From positions 194,794 through 230,657 of the forward strand of contig JBNGIO010006235.1 of assembly GCA_049999805.1 (NCBI GenBank): a DNA stretch of 35,864 bases, read 5' to 3'. Of this stretch, positions 33,201-35,864 are shown one piece after another. The notes below the pieces were generated by a model. The model ran no database searches. It had not been told where the DNA came from and saw only the letters and a program-made list of their open reading frames with translations. Numbering within the stretch: position 1 is the first letter of the stretch; every line of letters begins with the position of its first letter. A program made the position numbers and the translations under genes. The stretch comes from Folioceros fuciformis. Lineage: Eukaryota.

Positions 33201-35864
33201 ATCGACGTGGCCAAGAATGCAGCATATTGGTGACCTCAGATCCTCCGCACTCCGCTTAGTCAGGGCTTCTGCTTTCCTAGCCTCTCGTTTTGCTTTGGCA
33301 TCTTGTCTCCTCTTGACGTCTGAATCTTCTTCCTTACTCTCAGTTTCTTCACTATCAGTTTCACCTTCATTTTCACTCTCCTTCTGCTGTTGCATTCCGG
33401 GCTTCAATTTCACTGGCAAAACCTTGGGTGGTCCTGCTGGCAGCTTGGAATGACCACTGCTCGTTGAGTCCTGCCGTGAAGCAGAAGACCTGCTAGAATC
33501 TTGCCTAGAGAGGGCCCTCGACAGCTTTCCGCTTGTGGTTGAGCTAGAGTCTTGTTCTTCTTCCTCTGCAAACGCTGATTTTATCACAGGAAGTGCTACC
33601 TCTTGCTCCCAGCTCTTGGCATCCCAGTCCTCCTCTTCTTCCTCATCTTCCTCCTGCTCCTCTTCGTCCTGCTGCTGCTCCTCCTCCTTCACAAGCTCTT
33701 CTAACTCGACCACTTTCTCTGGCATTTGTTGTAGCCCCAACTTGGCATCTACCTCGGCATCTAGCATGTCAGACGATGCAGCCGTATCAACGTCTAGTGG
33801 GACGTCCGACTGAGATGCAGCAGGCCGCTTTTTCTTTTTCGTCTCATACTTGGGTTTGGGTCTCGCCTTCGCTTCCTCAGGAACTAAATCGTCACCCAGA
33901 GGACCCCCCGTCTGAGCAATAAACTGCTCTCTCATGGCTGCTAACCGTCGTTGCTCCTGCTTTTGCTTCTCATTGAGAAGTTTTCCCTCTTTCTTTTTCT
34001 GCAATAGCTTCTCTTTTTCACGCTCCTTGCGCCTTCGTTTGGCCTCCTCCTTTTGCCTCTCCAATTCTTCCAGCCTTGCTTGTTCCTCCTCCTCTTTTCG
34101 GCGTTTCTCTTCTTCTTCTTGCCTTCTCTTTTCTTCAAGCTCCTTCATTCGCGCCAGGCGCTCTTGCATCTCACGAACATGCTTAGGCACTTTCTTATCA
34201 GGTACTTTAGCTTTTGTCTCTTCTTTGACTGCTTTGGTCTCTTCTGCTGCTTCAGCTTGCTTGTCAATCGCAGCTGCTTTTGCTTTCTCCTTTTCCTTTT
34301 CCTTTTTCTTCTTTTTCTTCTTGGCAGCTGCTGACTCCACGACCTCCTCTACTTCTGTGCTGCTCTCCATAAGTGCTGATGCAGTGACAACAGCTGACTC
34401 CTGTTTGGCATCCAGGGTAGGTGCAGCTTCAGAAACCGGAGCCGGTGGAGCTTCAGGGGTTGTAACCACTACCGGTCCATCCAACATTGCAAGTATGGAA
34501 GACAGATCTTCCTCCTCTTGAGGAGTTCTCCCACTTGTTTTCCCGGCCTTTTTCTGCTTCTTCTTTGAAGAAGCGGATGAGCTTGACACCTGTGGAGGCT
34601 CAGCCTCTGATTGGATGACAGGATCCACAATAGCCTGTGATACTTGAACCTTGGGAGCCTCGACCTTAATCTCCTCTTCTCCTTGTGCCTTGCCTCCTTT
34701 TTTCACCGTTTTGCTCTTCTTCTTCCCATCAAACTGCACAATATCATCCTCCCCCAGCTCCGAGGGAGCAACAACTTTATCAGCAGCCAACGGAGAGACC
34801 GTAGATTCTTTCGGAGGTTCAGAGTCCAGAACCGCGTCCGAATCGGCAGGCAGTGCGTACTCATCATCATTCAGCACCACCTTGTCCTTCTTCCCCTTCT
34901 TCGCCTTCTTCTTCCCCGTGAAGAGAACTGGCTCCTCCGCATCCGACAAAACGGTTGACTCATCCTCCAAAGCGTAAGCATTAGCTGAAGCATCTACCAA
35001 GAGCTCGGAATCCGGCACCTGCTCCGAGCTCTTCTTCCCTTTACTCTTCTTCTTCCCCGTGAAGAGAGCTAGCTCCTCCGCATCCGACAAAACGGCTGCT
35101 TCATCCTCCAAAGCGTGAGTGTTGGCTGAAGCATCTACCAAGAACTCGGAATCCGGCACCTGCACCGAGCTCTTCTTCCCTTTACTCTTCTTCTTCCCCG
35201 AGAAGAGAAGTGGCTCCTCCGCACCCGACAAAACGGCCGCTTCTTCCTCCAAAGCGTAGGCATCAGCTGAGGTAGTATCTAGCAGGAACTCGGAATCCGG
35301 CACCTGCACGGAGCTCTTCTTCCCTTTACTCTTCTTCTTCCCCGCGAAGAGAACTGGTTCCTCTGCATCCGACCAAACGGCTGCTTCATCCTCCAAAGCG
35401 TAAGCATTGGCTGAAGTATCTACCAAGAACTCGGAATCCGGCACCTGCACCGAGCTCTTCTTCCCTTTACTCTTCTTCTTCCCCGAGAAGAGAGCTGGCT
35501 TCTCCGCATCCGACAAAACGGCTGCTTCATCTTCCAAAGCGTAGGCATCAGCTGAAGTAGTCTCTAGCAAGAACTCGGAATCCGGCACCTGCACCGAGCT
35601 CTTCTTCCCTTTACTCTTCTTCTTCCCCGAAGACACAACCTCATCTACCACCTCCGACAAAATTCCAGCCTCCTCTACCACTACCAACACATCCACACCG
35701 CCGACTAGTTCCACATTCTCATCCAATGCAAAGTCCTCATCAAAGTCTTGCAGGTGCTTGAAGGATGCAGTTTTCTTCCCCTTGCCCTTGTCCTTGCCCT
35801 TTTTCTTCCCCGTGAATGCAATGTTCTCCGTGACCGTGACATCCTTCCCCGTCTCCCCACCATT
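30236..35864 (-). CDS. eIF5B: Eukaryotic translation initiation factor 5B (IF2 homologue), multi-exon, 5' end outside the window
   Basis: [84 protein letters not shown] (TGA 30236-30238). The long charged exon stays open to the window edge. Confidence 0.97.
34905..35635 (-). repeat. Coding tandem repeat in the eIF5B N-terminus, about 5 x 138-141 bp (46-47 aa)
   Basis: [42 protein letters not shown] repeated, with high nucleotide similarity between units. Confidence 0.95.

Noticed and set aside
33217-34977. Ser/Phe-rich + strand ORFs
   Set aside because: Antisense shadows of the Lys/Glu-rich eIF5B exon.

Overview
Gene-dense nuclear DNA from a seed-free land plant, most likely a hornwort. This is inferred from ~75-140 bp introns and PLS-class PPR genes with KP-type/HAE DYW domains, a type associated with U-to-C editing lineages. 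The right ~10 kb is ordinary: a multi-exon tandem cyclic-nucleotide-binding protein gene (+) converging on eIF5B (-, 5' end outside the window). The left ~26 kb is a heavily rearranged accessory region bracketed by a decayed CRE-clade non-LTR retrotransposon and a Ty3/gypsy remnant, and filled with duplicated, inverted and broken PPR-E-DYW:KP pseudogene pieces. Interleaved with these are cell-death/immunity-type modules. (1) An intronless, uninterrupted p20/p10 caspase-like domain that resembles animal C14A caspases rather than plant metacaspases (AHG, KPKVLVVNACRG, STSPGDISLR..EGT, QWP...GKLYW), 5'-truncated here, plus a short second paralog remnant. (2) A damaged RPW8/HeLo-like gene fused to an unrecognised domain. 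(3) An apparently intact 4-exon Crinkler-like REase gene with a repeat-built coiled-coil header. (4) A TORNADO1-like Roco/COR remnant. The caspase-like family is the most striking signal. All family calls come from motif recognition by eye; no searches were run.
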